From NCBI GenBank assembly GCA_010015585.1, contig ML975158.1: DNA of 64,000 nt. One strand, written 5' to 3'. The notes beneath the pieces were generated by a model. It saw only the letters and a list, made by a program, of their open reading frames with translations, was not told the DNA's origin and searched no databases. Numbering within the stretch: position 1 is the stretch's first letter; every line of letters begins with the position of its first letter. Source of the DNA: Eremomyces bilateralis CBS 781.70. Taxonomy: Eukaryota. Made by a program: the position numbers and the translations under genes. Positions 48,351-60,263 of this stretch are shown here, in pieces.

Positions 48351-48812
48351 CTAGTTCGTTGCAGCATAGACTAAGCAACCAGGCTTTCCCTTCCTTGAAG
48401 GCCCCCCTCCCAAGCTATGGCATTCGACAGATTCCTCCACATCAACCGCGGTGAACATGCCCCCATCGACCTCTCGCCAGTGCAAATCGTCCCAATCCGC
48501 ATCCAGCGCTTTGGCGAAAGCGACATCGTATTCATGATCGAGATACGTGAACCCAGCGATCGAGTTGTCTGCCTAGAACAATTGAGTCTTGATATTCTGT
48601 TCGGGGCAATCGGGAAATCCAAGGATGGGAGCCGGGTTGTCGTTCCAGGCATAAACATAGCAGGGTGAGAGTGTGGCGGCCAGAGCGGCAGTGAACCCCG
48701 AGGTGTCGCGGAAGCTGTTGCATGGAGTCGCCGGGATGCCGTAGAGGAAACTGGAGGTTAGAGTTGAGAGAAGGAGGAGGAGAGAGAAAAGTATTGAAGT
48801 CTTTGAGTCCAT
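48351..48812 (-). pseudogene. Secreted protein gene (153 codons) with a single in-frame TAG at codon 80
   Basis: Signal peptide MDSKTSILFSLLLLLSTLTSS; after TAG at 48573-48575 the frame stays open for 73 more codons (ADNSIAGFTYLDHEYDV...GCLVYAATN). Confidence 0.6.
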
Positions 48813-49695
48813 GTTGAGTGGGTTTCTCAGATGATGTTTTTTTGACTGAGCAAATTAGTGAATCGATCATCAAAGCAGGATTGAAAAGAACGGTCTCAAA
48901 CTTGTCAACAGGTATGAGTTCAGTACAACAAGCAATCGACTTCAGTGACACTGCGATAGGTACCTGACAAGACTCAACAAAGGAATAAAATGAGACGCAA
49001 GGTACCAGTAGAAAGGAGAGCCGGAGATGCCATTCCGAGTAATCCACGTAATGAGCCTTCCCTAACTAGTTCTAAGCTGTTCAATCCATGTTCTCCTATA
49101 CCGGCAATGATGAGAGTACCGTAACATCAGAGTTGTCAGTAACAGTCAGTTGTACATATCGGGTCACTGCCTCATTCCTGCACACTGTGGTTTCGATATC
49201 AGGTACACACTGTCACTCTATACCGGCAGCAGACCGTCATGTCCTTCCATTTCAAAGGTTGTGTGTTAACTTTTAGGTGATTGTTGGAACCATCTTGCTG
49301 TTACTTCAAATAGGTTGGAATCACGCCCTACTTAAGAGATGATACTTAATCAGGTTGCAGTTGGGAAGGCTGCGATGGAATCTGATGCCATTTCATTCCT
49401 AGTACAGTGAAGGACATCTTACTGTTAGCGTAACATATCTAGCCAATAGTTAGCCTAAATATTGTGTTTGAGGCGCCGACTAAGCAACGCTAGTATAAAG
49501 TTCCAGTATCAAGCAACGTCATTGGCCCGCCACCATGACCGCGGGGTCATCCTAAACCGGACCCTTTGACTCAAACAGTCGAGCAGGAGATTCTTCACCG
49601 ATCAACCAGACAGACATTAGGACTACACCATCTCAAGCTTTTCCCAACTTCTCCCAACTTCTCTTCTTGTACTTATTTCGAACCCTCGGTTCACT

Positions 49696-50465
49696 ATGGG
49701 AGGAAAGAAAGGCGGTGAGAACTCCAGGAAGGTCGCCGGCAACGCCCGCAAAGCCGACGCGGCCGCCGCGAAACAGGCCGCCGTCGACGCGGCCGCCAGC
49801 GCGGCCGAGGGGAAGCAATGGCAGAAGGGCGCAAAGGATACCAGTAAATCGTGAGTAGCTTCCCTTGCCACCGATATACCTATACTTGGCTAGACTCGCC
49901 TTTTTGGGGCCACACTAGGAGAGCAAGCTGACGCACCACTAGGGAGGCCGCCGCCGCCAAAGCCGAAGAAGCCGCCCGTAAAAAGGCGGAGAAAGCCGCC
50001 CTTCTCGCTGCCGAAGACGCGGAGCTCCCATCCAAGAAGGCCGGCGGTTCGAAAGGCGCGCAGAAGAAGAAGGTCGGCCGCCCGGCCGGCTCGGGGCTGG
50101 ACACGGCACTCTCGTCTCTCGACAAGCCCGCCTCGTCGATCTCCGCGACCGGCATCGACAATGCGCTGGATGCGCTCTCGCTCACGTCAGGGCACGATGA
50201 TAAGCTCGACCGGCATCCGGAGCGGCGATTCAAGGCGGCGTATAACGCGTTCGAGGAGCGGCGGTTGGGCGAGATGGTGGACGATAAGTCGCTACGGCGG
50301 CAGCAGAAGATCACCCTTATTCGGAAGGAATTTGAGAAGAGCGAGGAGAATCCGTTTAATAGGGTGACGGCGACGTACGATATGAGTAAAGAGGAGTTGA
50401 AGGGGTTGAAGGAGGCGGAGAGACAGAAGGTGGAGAGCAGGTTGACGGAGGGATCAGGGAATTGA
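49696..50465 (+). CDS. CCDC124/Lso2/Oxs1-family protein (2 exons)
   Basis: MGGKKGGENSRKVAGNARKA, ATGIDNALDAL, DRHPERRFKAAY.AFEE, LRRQQ, FEKSEENPFN. Confidence 0.9.
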
Positions 50466-51043
50466 GGCGGAGCAAGGGGTTTGACGATATCAGATTATGC
50501 GTTTGAGCGGCGTCACGACACAACAGGAGGGATAAATGGCATGGCATAACATAGCTTCATAAGATCGGTCTCTTGAGGAGAGATATTCGACGTTGCCGTG
50601 CATCACTAATAGATCTCGATGCGTAACATCGGTTCTCCTTCCCAAGGAGAAGAATAGAGAGAGTAGCAGAAATGAACAAAAGAGTGCGACGAAAACAAAT
50701 TACCGCCCATATGGTTTGGTGCTCGCTAAATCGAAGAACATTCTGGGCCAGATGATCGTGTGCATCGGCTGTTTCCCGCCAAAGAAAAATGCAAGCCGAC
50801 CAGATGATGTCCGGTTTGGTCGATTCAATCCCGTACGCCGTGTAATGCTCTGATATGCAAATGGTAACTCCGCACACAATCGGCGAAGTTCGGCGACGGG
50901 TGGGGTCTCTCGCGTAAAAAGCCCTTCCAACGGCAACACCGCTCTTGCCGGGTCGTTCGTAACTCCCATCCCTCGCCAACAACAAAACACCGACGTAGAC
51001 ATCATCTCCAACGTATCCAACTCAGCGAGCATCGTTCCCCAAG

Positions 51044-51999
51044 TTAATATTGATATTGATATCCCCACGCTCCTTGTGCGTGCACTTGAGGCGGCGGCGG
51101 TGCCGATGGCGGCGCCTTGGCCCGTCCAGCAAACACAAAGCTACTGCCCCCACTGCTCAGCCTCTTGTCACCGCCTCTCCTCTCGACTGCCACGCCGGGA
51201 AATCCCATGGGTTCCACCGTCGTGCTCCGTCGCCTCTGCTTCTTCCTCTCTTCCTTCGGCACGGCGAAAGCATGCGCACCGGGCGCCGCGCCGAAGCCGA
51301 CCATGCTGCCCGCATCACGCGGGGAACTAACATCGATCTGCGCGTAATAATACTCCAGAACCTTCGGGTAGGTGCGCACGCATGCTTTCCAGTCCTCGTC
51401 GATCAACCGCTGGAGTTGGTCGTCGGCGATCCGGACTTGTTGGCGAAGCGCAGAAAGGAAGCTGGGATGGACGATGTGCGGCGGGGGTTGCCCGCGGTAA
51501 TGGGCGTACTGGGGGTAATATGGGAGAGCGCTGACGTGGGAACGGTACTCCTGTTTGCGACGATCGCGGAGGGAGTCGAAGGAGTTTGTGACGTGGGCGA
51601 CGGCGGTGTTTGTGGCCCATTCACTCGAAATGAGTTAGTCGATGATTGCATATTGCCAGTAGATAAGGGATGAGTTGGGAAACAGGAACAAGGAGGTCGG
51701 TTCGGGTGGAAGAACCCCACCGAGTATGAGGGAAGCGCAGCAGATTGAACGCCACGATATAAATTGAAAAAGCCAATCTTAAGCATCCTCCCAGTTGATA
51801 CCCAAGCTTGACGTGCGACAAGGTCTGGCGCAGTATAGAAAACTTACCGAACGTTTGTTAGCCATGTATCGATCCATTTATGCTCGGCTTGCTCGACGGC
51901 CTGTTGGAGCCGGTCGCTCTCATGGGGACACTCGGTCTCTCCAGGAGGGAGATGACCGCAGATGGCACAGTTTGGATGGATATCACCTCGGTGCGCCAT
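51044..51999 (-). CDS. Fungal hypothetical protein, 243 aa (CxxC..CxHE N-terminus; IDEDW..V..YP.VLEYYY), 2 exons
   Basis: Exon 1 51999-51848 (MAHRGDIHPNCAICG..ECPHE..AVEQAE), intron GTAAGT..CTAAC..GAG, exon 2 51623-51044; joined length 732 nt, in frame. Confidence 0.75.
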
Positions 52000-53462
52000 G
52001 GATGGCGAAGAAAATGTTGTCCCGTCGCAGAAGTCAAGGGGACGAGGGGAGATTAAATCGGCGGGGATGCTGGACGGGGAAATGGGTTAGACGGGGATCC
52101 CGTGGATTCGGCCCGTTAGCGATCCCGAATACCCAGGAGTTTCGGGGAATAAGACGAAAGATCCTTTGATCTCCGTTGATCGTAGAATAGGTGTGGCCTT
52201 TATCGGTCGGGATGATGGGCAGGAAGCACAACGCCCATGGTCGGCGATGGAGCACGGTAGGACGAGACAAACCTGAGATTCTTTGTTGATGATGAGGAAA
52301 GAAGGGTTGAAGAAGAGCGGCGGAAGTGAGCGAAGGGCGGCGGCAGCCAGACGGCACTAAGACGGGTCTCCGCGTTTGGCTTTGGCATGGTCCGTTGGGA
52401 CTTGGGCGGACATTAATGGCGGCGAGGTGGGCCGGTGGGAGGGGGAGAGGGGATTGCCTATTGGAGGTTTGCGGAGTGAGGGAGTCCTGGAAGTTGGTGG
52501 GAGGACGAGATGTCGATCGACCGCTTGGGTGGCTTGACGATGTGATTCGTGAAGGTGCAAGGCGTGACGGTGGTGAGTTGGCACCTCTGCTGGCTGCTTT
52601 GGCTTATCCTTTGGCTGATTCTTCGTCTCCAATTGGGGTTTCTTGGGCCTTGGGCTCCCTGCTCTGCTTCGCTTAAGCAATACGCAGACTTAGTAGACTT
52701 AGTAGAGGCACGTCGCCGCCCTCTTTTAGTATGGTGTTCTGGAGTATCCACAGGTCCGCGACAGCATATCACCACCCAGAGGCTTCCCACCGACGTTGCC
52801 ATGGAAGCCCATTGCGAGGCGAGACAAGTCATTTCCAGTCATCGAGATCCTGTCCTTCCGAAGCCATTTGTATAGAGTCACATGATTGTCTCGTTCGAGG
52901 TTTGTCAACACTATCTGTTGAATACCACTGCATCATGCATCTGGTGTGTTGATGTGTTGTCGGCTCCCCACAGCTCGATTGCCCACAGATTGCTCTATTA
53001 CCTAGACACTGCACAACACTTGCGCTGAAACTAAGGGGTTATTCAACATACTAGTAGTATAGAAACCAAAGCGGACAACATAGTTCTGGATTGAATATCG
53101 CCATAGACTCCCAATCTTTCCATTTGTCTTGAAAGGGATAGGTTGATAGGAGAAGTGCCCAAGTCTTGGAATAATGCATGTAAAATGGGGATAGCGGAGG
53201 GGTGGCCAACAAACAAAAGATCTGATGGCTCTACACCGCTCCCTCTCGGCTGGCCAACGTCCTCGCCAGTAGATATAAATGTGTAGTCGTAAGCCGTGAA
53301 TCATTTCTTGCACCCGGCTATCCAACCGCATAATTGTCTTCACAAATATTGCTCTGCGGTGAGCAAGCCCCTGAAGCGGGGATTATATGATTAGTCGGAA
53401 AATTGGGTTACCCAAATAAAATTAGGATATAGACCAAAAAATGATCAAACATCTCAACAATA

Positions 53463-53533
53463 GCACTAATGGTCTAGTGGTAGAATGTGTCGTTGCCATC
53501 GACGCGGCCCCGGTTCGATTCCGGGTTAGTGCA
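53463..53533 (+). tRNA. tRNA-Gly (GCC), intronless
   Basis: Acceptor stem GCACTAA/TTAGTGC, D-loop AGTGG, anticodon loop TTGCCAT, T-loop GGTTCGATTCC, downstream T-run. Confidence 0.96.
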
Positions 53534-53802
53534 GCTTTCTTTTTTATTTTTGACCAAATTGCTTTCAATTTTTAATTTAGACTAGATGCACACTAATCGG
53601 TTCCGCGTGCTGCTGTTGCATTGGCCTTGAATTCTGGGTCTAACACCAGACAAGACGTCCCAGGAAGCGAGGGAGGGCAAGTTTTACCGAGGATGATCCG
53701 GATCGCGATTGATATCGATGTGGAAACCTAGACCCCGTCCACGAAGTGCAAATGCATTTCAGTTGCTAGGGCTTAGAAACACCGTTTGTGAGAGCATTGA
53801 CG

Positions 53803-54439
53803 ATGGTGAGCAAACATTTTGTCGGTTCTAACTTGAAACTAATTATTTTAGGCACCGCGACCACCCACGGAACGACAAGTACGGCTTGCAAACTCCGCAA
53901 AGAAATCTACAGCAGGAAGAGCAGCAAAACGCTCCGCAGCCGGGTCGAGACCGAAGAGCCAGAGTGGTGGATCGAACGGGGGCGATTCTGCGGGCGCACA
54001 AAAAGGATATCCCGCACCTGCAGAAGCTTTCAGCACCACGAAGCGAGACAAACAATCCATGAAGCATTCGCTCCTCCTACACAAGATCGAGAGCTCGGGC
54101 GTCAAGAAGGCCAAGCGGCGGCGACCAAACAAGAAGCTAGTGACAAACCTCGACACTCTGATAGATGCGCTTCCCGAAATTGGTCAGGAAGCTGGAGAGA
54201 ACGCCAAACCAGAGACCGAGGCCGCGAAGCGACAACGAAAAGCATACGGCTCTCGACCTGGTGCCCTCAAGCGGAGGGACAAGGTGGAGAAAGAGGAGCG
54301 CGAGTTTGTTGGAAAAGCTCTCGCGGCATTATCAGCTGGTGATCCGCAAGCCTCTGACAATCACACTGGACCCGAAGGAGCTGAGACCAAGTGGGAGAGG
54401 ATCAGGAAGGCTATTGGAATGAACATGTCGAACGGGTGA
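53803..54439 (+). CDS. SLX9: Ribosome biogenesis protein Slx9-like (ATG-only first exon)
   Basis: ATG|GTGAGC..CTAAT..TAG intron; TKRDK..KHS.L..KI, KRRRPNKKLVTNLDTL.DALP, SRPGA.KR..K.EKEE.E.F. Confidence 0.8.
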
Positions 54440-54965
54440 ACGGATTGGCAGGTTCGCGTCATCATAGACCGTAGGCACGCTTGAAAAGCCCACTTCCGCG
54501 AGTTAAACGCCACTTGCATACAGTGTCCAGGCAGGCACATCGATATGCTCAGTGTTACAGCGGCACGCAGGCTACCTCAGTTGCAGTGTCAAGGCTGCAC
54601 TGCACGGTTTGAGGGATAAGCTGGAAGACATGGTGCAATGAGTCCCGGAATTAATTATCCGTGATCTGCTCTTGCACAAACATAGTGTCATCGCCAAACT
54701 TTGAATCGAGCTCAATTCTCAGCCGCGTTATTTTGTCCACATTCTACACTTGCTCAGGTTTGATACGGAAAATTCTGGGTGGCGGATAGATTTCCTATTA
54801 CGGCTAGGCTCGGAGCGGCCCGCTTTGTCCATCTTGTCACTTGTGATTGTAAACAAACCACAACGAACAACAGTCCGCCTATTGGGTTTCAACACCACCA
54901 AGTCAAGGCTCTCCACTACTTGAATTCAATGGGAGAGACGTTCCAATTTCTTATCACTCCTAATC

Positions 54966-56747
54966 ATGTCAAAACCGATACAGACAGAGCGCCCGGAGTC
55001 TCCGCAACTGGAGGAGGTCGACTCTGAATACAGCATTGATCTGTCAGTTCTGGAACGACGCGCAGGACAACCGATTTCGGACGAGCCCGCCAGCAGATAC
55101 GGCACGATAAAATCAGAAGCGGCACGCGGCAATGCTGTTCGAGCTCCGGATATCATCCATACCGACGAAATTGGCGGCCCCAGCGACTTCACGATGAACA
55201 TGGAATACTGGATGCGCGGTGGTGCACAACCGAAGGAGCCTGGTCCTCGACGAGTTGCGCCGCAAACCCACGAGCCTGCCCCCGAGGGTGCGGCCGATGC
55301 CGACAATGATTCCTCCGACGATGACTTCGAAGCACAGGAAAGGATCCTGCAGGAACTCTCAAGCTTGGACGAGGATGATTCCAGTGTCTTATCAGGGACT
55401 CCGCGACCATCGATGCTGAGCGACATCCGATCGCGTCAAGCGGTGGTAGAAGAGTCTTACGATACGCCTTTGAAGACTCGGTTATCCGGTGGGGAGCCTG
55501 TAGTTCTACCTACGAACCTGGACACGCTCCCTCCACTTCCCGAATCCTCCGAAAGCGGCGACACTCATATACCGCAGCATGAAGGTAGAGTCAAGGAACT
55601 GGAAATGCTTCTCGCTTCAGCGCGAGCCGAAATTGACAATGTCCGCGAAGAATCGCGGAGCGAGACCGTCAGAATACAGAACAGCTTCAAGAACACCCTC
55701 AAAGTTCAGAAGGATGATTCAAACGAGGAGGTCGGCTCCCTTCGAAGAACACTGCGGACTTTACGAGCTGAGCTTCGTCATACGCAGATTGAACTGGAGG
55801 AGAAAAAGACTCCGGAAATACAAAATGAATCACAGGAAGAGGATGACCTGCTGATGGAAACAAAGCTTGAGTTTCAAAAACTCCGTCTTTCCCACGAGAA
55901 TTTGCAGGGCTTGCTTGTAGACCGCGACCAGCTCATGAAAAATCTCAGAGATGAGCTTGAAGATACCAAAGCACGTCTAGCCAACCTAGACGCGGAAAAG
56001 AGAAAAGAGTTCCTCTACCTACAGTCAAAGCTCTCTGCCAGCCAAAATGAACTAGAAGATTTACGGTTGCAGCATCGTGTCGACCAACAAGAACACTCGA
56101 CGCTCCATCAAGAGAACCGGATGTTTTCCAACACGGTCGAGTCCATGAAGGAAGATTTGGAGAGAGCGGAACAGGACAACGACGATACGAAGCGGCTATT
56201 GGACGATCGCGAAACCGCTCTCGCCACTCTCCGTGATCAACACCGTGATCAGATCGAGGCGATGCGTACACGCGCCCAAGAAGCCGTGCGCAAAGCTTGC
56301 GAGCTGCGAGACCGGGAAAAACGAGAAAACGAATCGGCTCAGGCGGCGCTCCAGGTACGGGATGTTGAGCTGGCCCAGACGCGGGAGGCCATCTCAGCTT
56401 CGGAGCTCGCCTTTCAATCTACAAAGGAGCAGTTGCGGGTACTCTCAGCGAAACTTGCCAATTCCGAGGCGACAGCAAGGGATCAGCAGGAGGAGCTGGA
56501 AATCGCGCTCGCGTCTGCGGAGCAGGCGAAGGAGGAGCAAGACGCAGTCAACCGGGAGGTGGAGAGGCGGATTGCCGCGGTAGTGAAGGCACGAGATCAA
56601 AGCTGGGAGAAACGAGTCAACCGCTTGGTGGAAGAGCGGAAGAATATGGGAAAGATGCTAATGCAGGAATGGGGGAGGAGTGAGTGTGGTTTGTCCAAGC
56701 CGCAGATGTATCAATACAAGTATGTCGGTCGTTCGGCGGCATTATGA
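54966..56747 (+). CDS. Coiled-coil protein, probable spindle-pole-body protein SnaD-like
   Basis: 593-aa ORF with GPSDFTMNMEYWMRG, a long heptad region and C-terminal GKMLMQEWG..E.G..Q.YQYKY. Family call is from memory. Confidence 0.6.
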   Translation: MSKPIQTERPESPQLEEVDSEYSIDLSVLERRAGQPISDEPASRYGTIKSEAARGNAVRAPDIIHTDEIGGPSDFTMNMEYWMRGGAQPKEPGPRRVAPQTHEPAPEGAADADNDSSDDDFEAQERILQELSSLDEDDSSVLSGTPRPSMLSDIRSRQAVVEESYDTPLKTRLSGGEPVVLPTNLDTLPPLPESSESGDTHIPQHEGRVKELEMLLASARAEIDNVREESRSETVRIQNSFKNTLKVQKDDSNEEVGSLRRTLRTLRAELRHTQIELEEKKTPEIQNESQEEDDLLMETKLEFQKLRLSHENLQGLLVDRDQLMKNLRDELEDTKARLANLDAEKRKEFLYLQSKLSASQNELEDLRLQHRVDQQEHSTLHQENRMFSNTVESMKEDLERAEQDNDDTKRLLDDRETALATLRDQHRDQIEAMRTRAQEAVRKACELRDREKRENESAQAALQVRDVELAQTREAISASELAFQSTKEQLRVLSAKLANSEATARDQQEELEIALASAEQAKEEQDAVNREVERRIAAVVKARDQSWEKRVNRLVEERKNMGKMLMQEWGRSECGLSKPQMYQYKYVGRSAAL

Positions 56748-56902
56748 TGAGACGGTTACTGGTCGAGGGCGTTAGATGCGTTAAACGGGATTCTATATTC
56801 TGTGCGAAACCCAGACTCCATTTGTATCTGCAATTGCTTCATAATCTACACCGAATGATTGTGAACTCTGTATAGATCCTCTGCACCCAGCTGTACAACC
56901 GG

Positions 56903-57331
56903 TCACAAGTACCCTTTTCTTGCAAGTTCAACCTTTCGCAACGTCTCCCCCTCCTTAAACCCCCCTTTGCTGGCGCAAATCGCAATGCCTTCGCCGAGCT
57001 CGACTTTCTCTTCGTGTTTCTCGAACGCACATGGGCAGTGATGAGGGAAATGGACACATGCTAAAGTGCCCGGGCAGAGGTATTTCGAGCATCGAGCTGG
57101 TAACAGGTGTTAGTGCCACGTATTGAACGGACGGCCGACCTTGCTCCACATACCGGCTTCATAGTTTTGACGATACCACTCCGGCGTGCTCGGACTGTCT
57201 TGTGGTTGCTGCTGCTGTTCTCCTGCTCCGAACATTTGTTGGAAGAAGCCATCGAACTGCGCGCTGACGGGGAGGAGGAGGGAGAGGAAGACGAAGCTGA
57301 AGACCACGACGAGGATGTTGATTCGCGCCAT
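56903..57331 (-). CDS. LCL2: Long chronological lifespan protein 2 (2 exons)
   Basis: Signal peptide, [41 protein letters not shown]. Confidence 0.9.
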
Positions 57332-58100
57332 AATTGCAGAACTCACACTCACACGGCGCTTCGAACGGTTCAGGACATGTCCCGTTGGGTCGCTTACGTG
57401 TCCAAGAGTTCTTCTATAAGATCTGGACTACGTGGACACCTGCAGTGCTAAGTTGAACATGAATGATGAACTGACATGGACAGGACCGAATTGTGTCATG
57501 CGGCCTTACAGCCTTACAATCGCCAAGGCTGCAACCTCCAGCCGACAACATGAGCCATGTGTGACGTGTGTTGACATTCTGACTTCAACTGCGATGAGCT
57601 AATTACGAGATATTATCAAATATCCGTACATCAATATTCAATCCCCTTGATATCTGTTTCTCTCAGGAGTCCGAGTCCACCACCAATCCTTCAACCTCAA
57701 ATACAGATTTCCAGAATTAGATTGTGTCGATGGTATGGAGCCGACTTCTAGGACGTGAGGGCCGCAACCTAGAACGCGTGTGATCAATATTAGGACGAGC
57801 AAATCTCACAAGTGCACCGGCGTAGTATCTCGATCATGATTCTGAAAAGTGAAAGATTGCAGAAACCGATCTCCACTATCACTTTTCTCTCTTCGCGATG
57901 CTCGGAGGGTTTCATTCATGCAACCCCCATGCTGCGCTCATCATCATTCTCCCCTACTCGGCCATCAAATAAACATTCATTGCGTCCGATCGTGTGACGT
58001 GAAACCTGCCCCTGAGGTACACGATTAATATATCTGCTCCTGTCAAACGTTATTCCTGTGTTGTTAGCCTTCTCTTTTATGCTGGGACCGTCAGTTCAAA

Positions 58101-60263
58101 ATGCCACCCATTGTTACTGTGCCAATAGCGCCAGTCTCAGACGCAGACGCAAGTCATCGCCCTGCGGACCCCAGGTACCGTCTCATCGACCCTCCGACTC
58201 AGTATCTCGATAAGCTTGCGCAACAATGGATGGTGGCTCGAGGAGAATCTCAACCTTTCGTCCACTATACGCTGGATCGGTTGCCCGAAGGCTATACGCT
58301 CTACGAAATGCGACGACCGAGCAATCCGAACACGGCCGACAAGCGCTTGTTCGGGCATCCAAACCGCGTCTTCTTTGATTCGCCCAATCGCTTCTTCCCG
58401 CACTTTCTGCACCTTATGAAGAACAAAGGAAGCAACTTCGGGTGCCCTTGCACTGTTTGCAATGCCAATGGGAAAAAACCGTTGGGAATTCAGGATAGCC
58501 GGTCTGCATCTGCTGATAGCTCAGTTCCAAGAGGGCGAGAAAAATCGAGACTGATGGATTCTGTGCGAGACGACAAGGCCGGGAAGGTGGACGAAGAAGG
58601 CACACCTGATGTGTACCGGGCCCTCATTGACAAGCTCAAGAGAAAGGGAGAGATTGATGCGCCAATCGAAGAGCCGATGAGCATGGATTGGCGAGTCGAG
58701 CGGAAACCACTCCAAGTTATGTTGCAGAGATGTCGCACACAGGCCCCCTGGATCCCACGTCAAGGGGAAATCGTGCTCTTCGTATTGAGCATTCCGGAAG
58801 GACGCGAAATCGTCTTCGATTATGACACTTCCGAATATCGGCTTTACCATGCGGCTAGCGAGACCTACGAAGACTCTCCCGCATGGAGGGCGGGCGTTGT
58901 TACCCAAGTACCTACGGAGGAGAAGTCATACGAAGTCTTCAATCTCGTAATGGAACCATCGCATAAGTTGGGGGTAAATTACTCGGGGTTTCGCGTTGAA
59001 TCGTTGCCGGATCCCAACGGCGAGGAGAAGTCGGTCCAAAAACAGTACAAATACGTCCCGTTGCATTACACACGGCCATTCGCATTTTACCAAGAGATCT
59101 TGCGAGGCATTCCGCGAGAATCATGGCATGCAACCATTACGAACGCGATGACCATCATGTCAAGCTTCTCCCTCGTCGATCGGTTTAACTTTCGAGGCAG
59201 TTGGCCGGAGGCGGTTGTCAACTGCAGAGGCATCTACATAGGGGCGGAACTGATCTTGGTGGGAGATGCGGTTCGTCTTTTGCCCCCGTCGGAAAAGCAG
59301 GGCAACATCACCTCGGTCGATATCGATGTACTGCACATCAAATCGATCCGTCTCACGCTCACCAACCTTGACCGGGCATCCGACAACGATCGCGACGAGG
59401 GTCATCCGTACAACACATCGGTTGAGGTTCGCGGCATCCCGTACACCACCAACCCGATCGCGAAGTTTGCCGATGTCTCCCCGTTGAATGATAATCTGGG
59501 CCCTCTAGGGATGGAAGACTATGCCTCGTTTACACCGTTCTTCCCCAAACGCGCAAAAGGAAAGCTGGTCTGCATTCCGTTTCATCGGATCCTCGGTCGG
59601 TGCTACGATGCCATTGCTGTGCAGTTGTGGTTTCCAAACGAGCAGCGTAAAATTGTAGACATGTCGCAAAAGAAAAATCAAGAAGTCACCGGAGCGGAAC
59701 TGCCTAATATTACGCTACTACACTACGGGGCGGAAGGTGTCCTTGCCGCCCGACAGTATTCGTCTCAAAATTATCGAAAGATTGATCACCGGAGCGGCAA
59801 ATCGTGGTTCTGGGGTGACACACGAGTGGAGTCGCTGGATGTTCATTCGATGAGCGGTGCGCCCGTGGAAAGGTTCGACGCGAACCGTGATCCTCGAAAA
59901 TGGCGCCGCGAGATCCGAGTTTTGGAGGGCGTCGGACCCGCGGGGAAAGTCCGGACCACGGAAGAGAAACGGAAGCTGGTTGAAAAATTCGGTGTTCCAG
60001 GGAGGCGAGGCCGAAGCAAGGACGACGAGAATGACGTGGCTGCGGTGTGGACCTCGATCATTGAGGAAGCACGCTACAACGGAAACGAGGATGCGGACGA
60101 CGAAGACCTATACCATGCGCTTGGGGCAGAGCTGTTGGCAAGAGATGGAGAGGCGGAGTGGGCGGAAGAAACGAAGGGAAACAGCAAGCGGAGAAAGTTC
60201 TTGGATGGTGGCAAAAGGGATGCGGAGGACCACGACATCATTGTCATTGACGACGATGAGTAA
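58101..60263 (+). CDS. clr2: Cryptic loci regulator 2 (Clr2)-like transcriptional silencing protein
   Basis: LPEGY.LYE..DKRLFGHP..FDSPNRFFPHFLHL..CPCTVC, GEIVLF, WRAGVVTQVP, GIYIGAELILVGDAVRL, ILGRCY, WFWGDTRVESLD. Confidence 0.85.
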   Translation: MPPIVTVPIAPVSDADASHRPADPRYRLIDPPTQYLDKLAQQWMVARGESQPFVHYTLDRLPEGYTLYEMRRPSNPNTADKRLFGHPNRVFFDSPNRFFPHFLHLMKNKGSNFGCPCTVCNANGKKPLGIQDSRSASADSSVPRGREKSRLMDSVRDDKAGKVDEEGTPDVYRALIDKLKRKGEIDAPIEEPMSMDWRVERKPLQVMLQRCRTQAPWIPRQGEIVLFVLSIPEGREIVFDYDTSEYRLYHAASETYEDSPAWRAGVVTQVPTEEKSYEVFNLVMEPSHKLGVNYSGFRVESLPDPNGEEKSVQKQYKYVPLHYTRPFAFYQEILRGIPRESWHATITNAMTIMSSFSLVDRFNFRGSWPEAVVNCRGIYIGAELILVGDAVRLLPPSEKQGNITSVDIDVLHIKSIRLTLTNLDRASDNDRDEGHPYNTSVEVRGIPYTTNPIAKFADVSPLNDNLGPLGMEDYASFTPFFPKRAKGKLVCIPFHRILGRCYDAIAVQLWFPNEQRKIVDMSQKKNQEVTGAELPNITLLHYGAEGVLAARQYSSQNYRKIDHRSGKSWFWGDTRVESLDVHSMSGAPVERFDANRDPRKWRREIRVLEGVGPAGKVRTTEEKRKLVEKFGVPGRRGRSKDDENDVAAVWTSIIEEARYNGNEDADDEDLYHALGAELLARDGEAEWAEETKGNSKRRKFLDGGKRDAEDHDIIVIDDDE

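Noticed and set aside
57452..57589. Box C/D snoRNA-like arrangement (ATGATGA..CTGA with a GTTGAA/TTCAAC stem)
   Set aside because: No rRNA-complementary guide recognised and stem spacing is atypical; it lies in the LCL2/clr2 divergent promoter. A snoscan or Rfam hit would be required.
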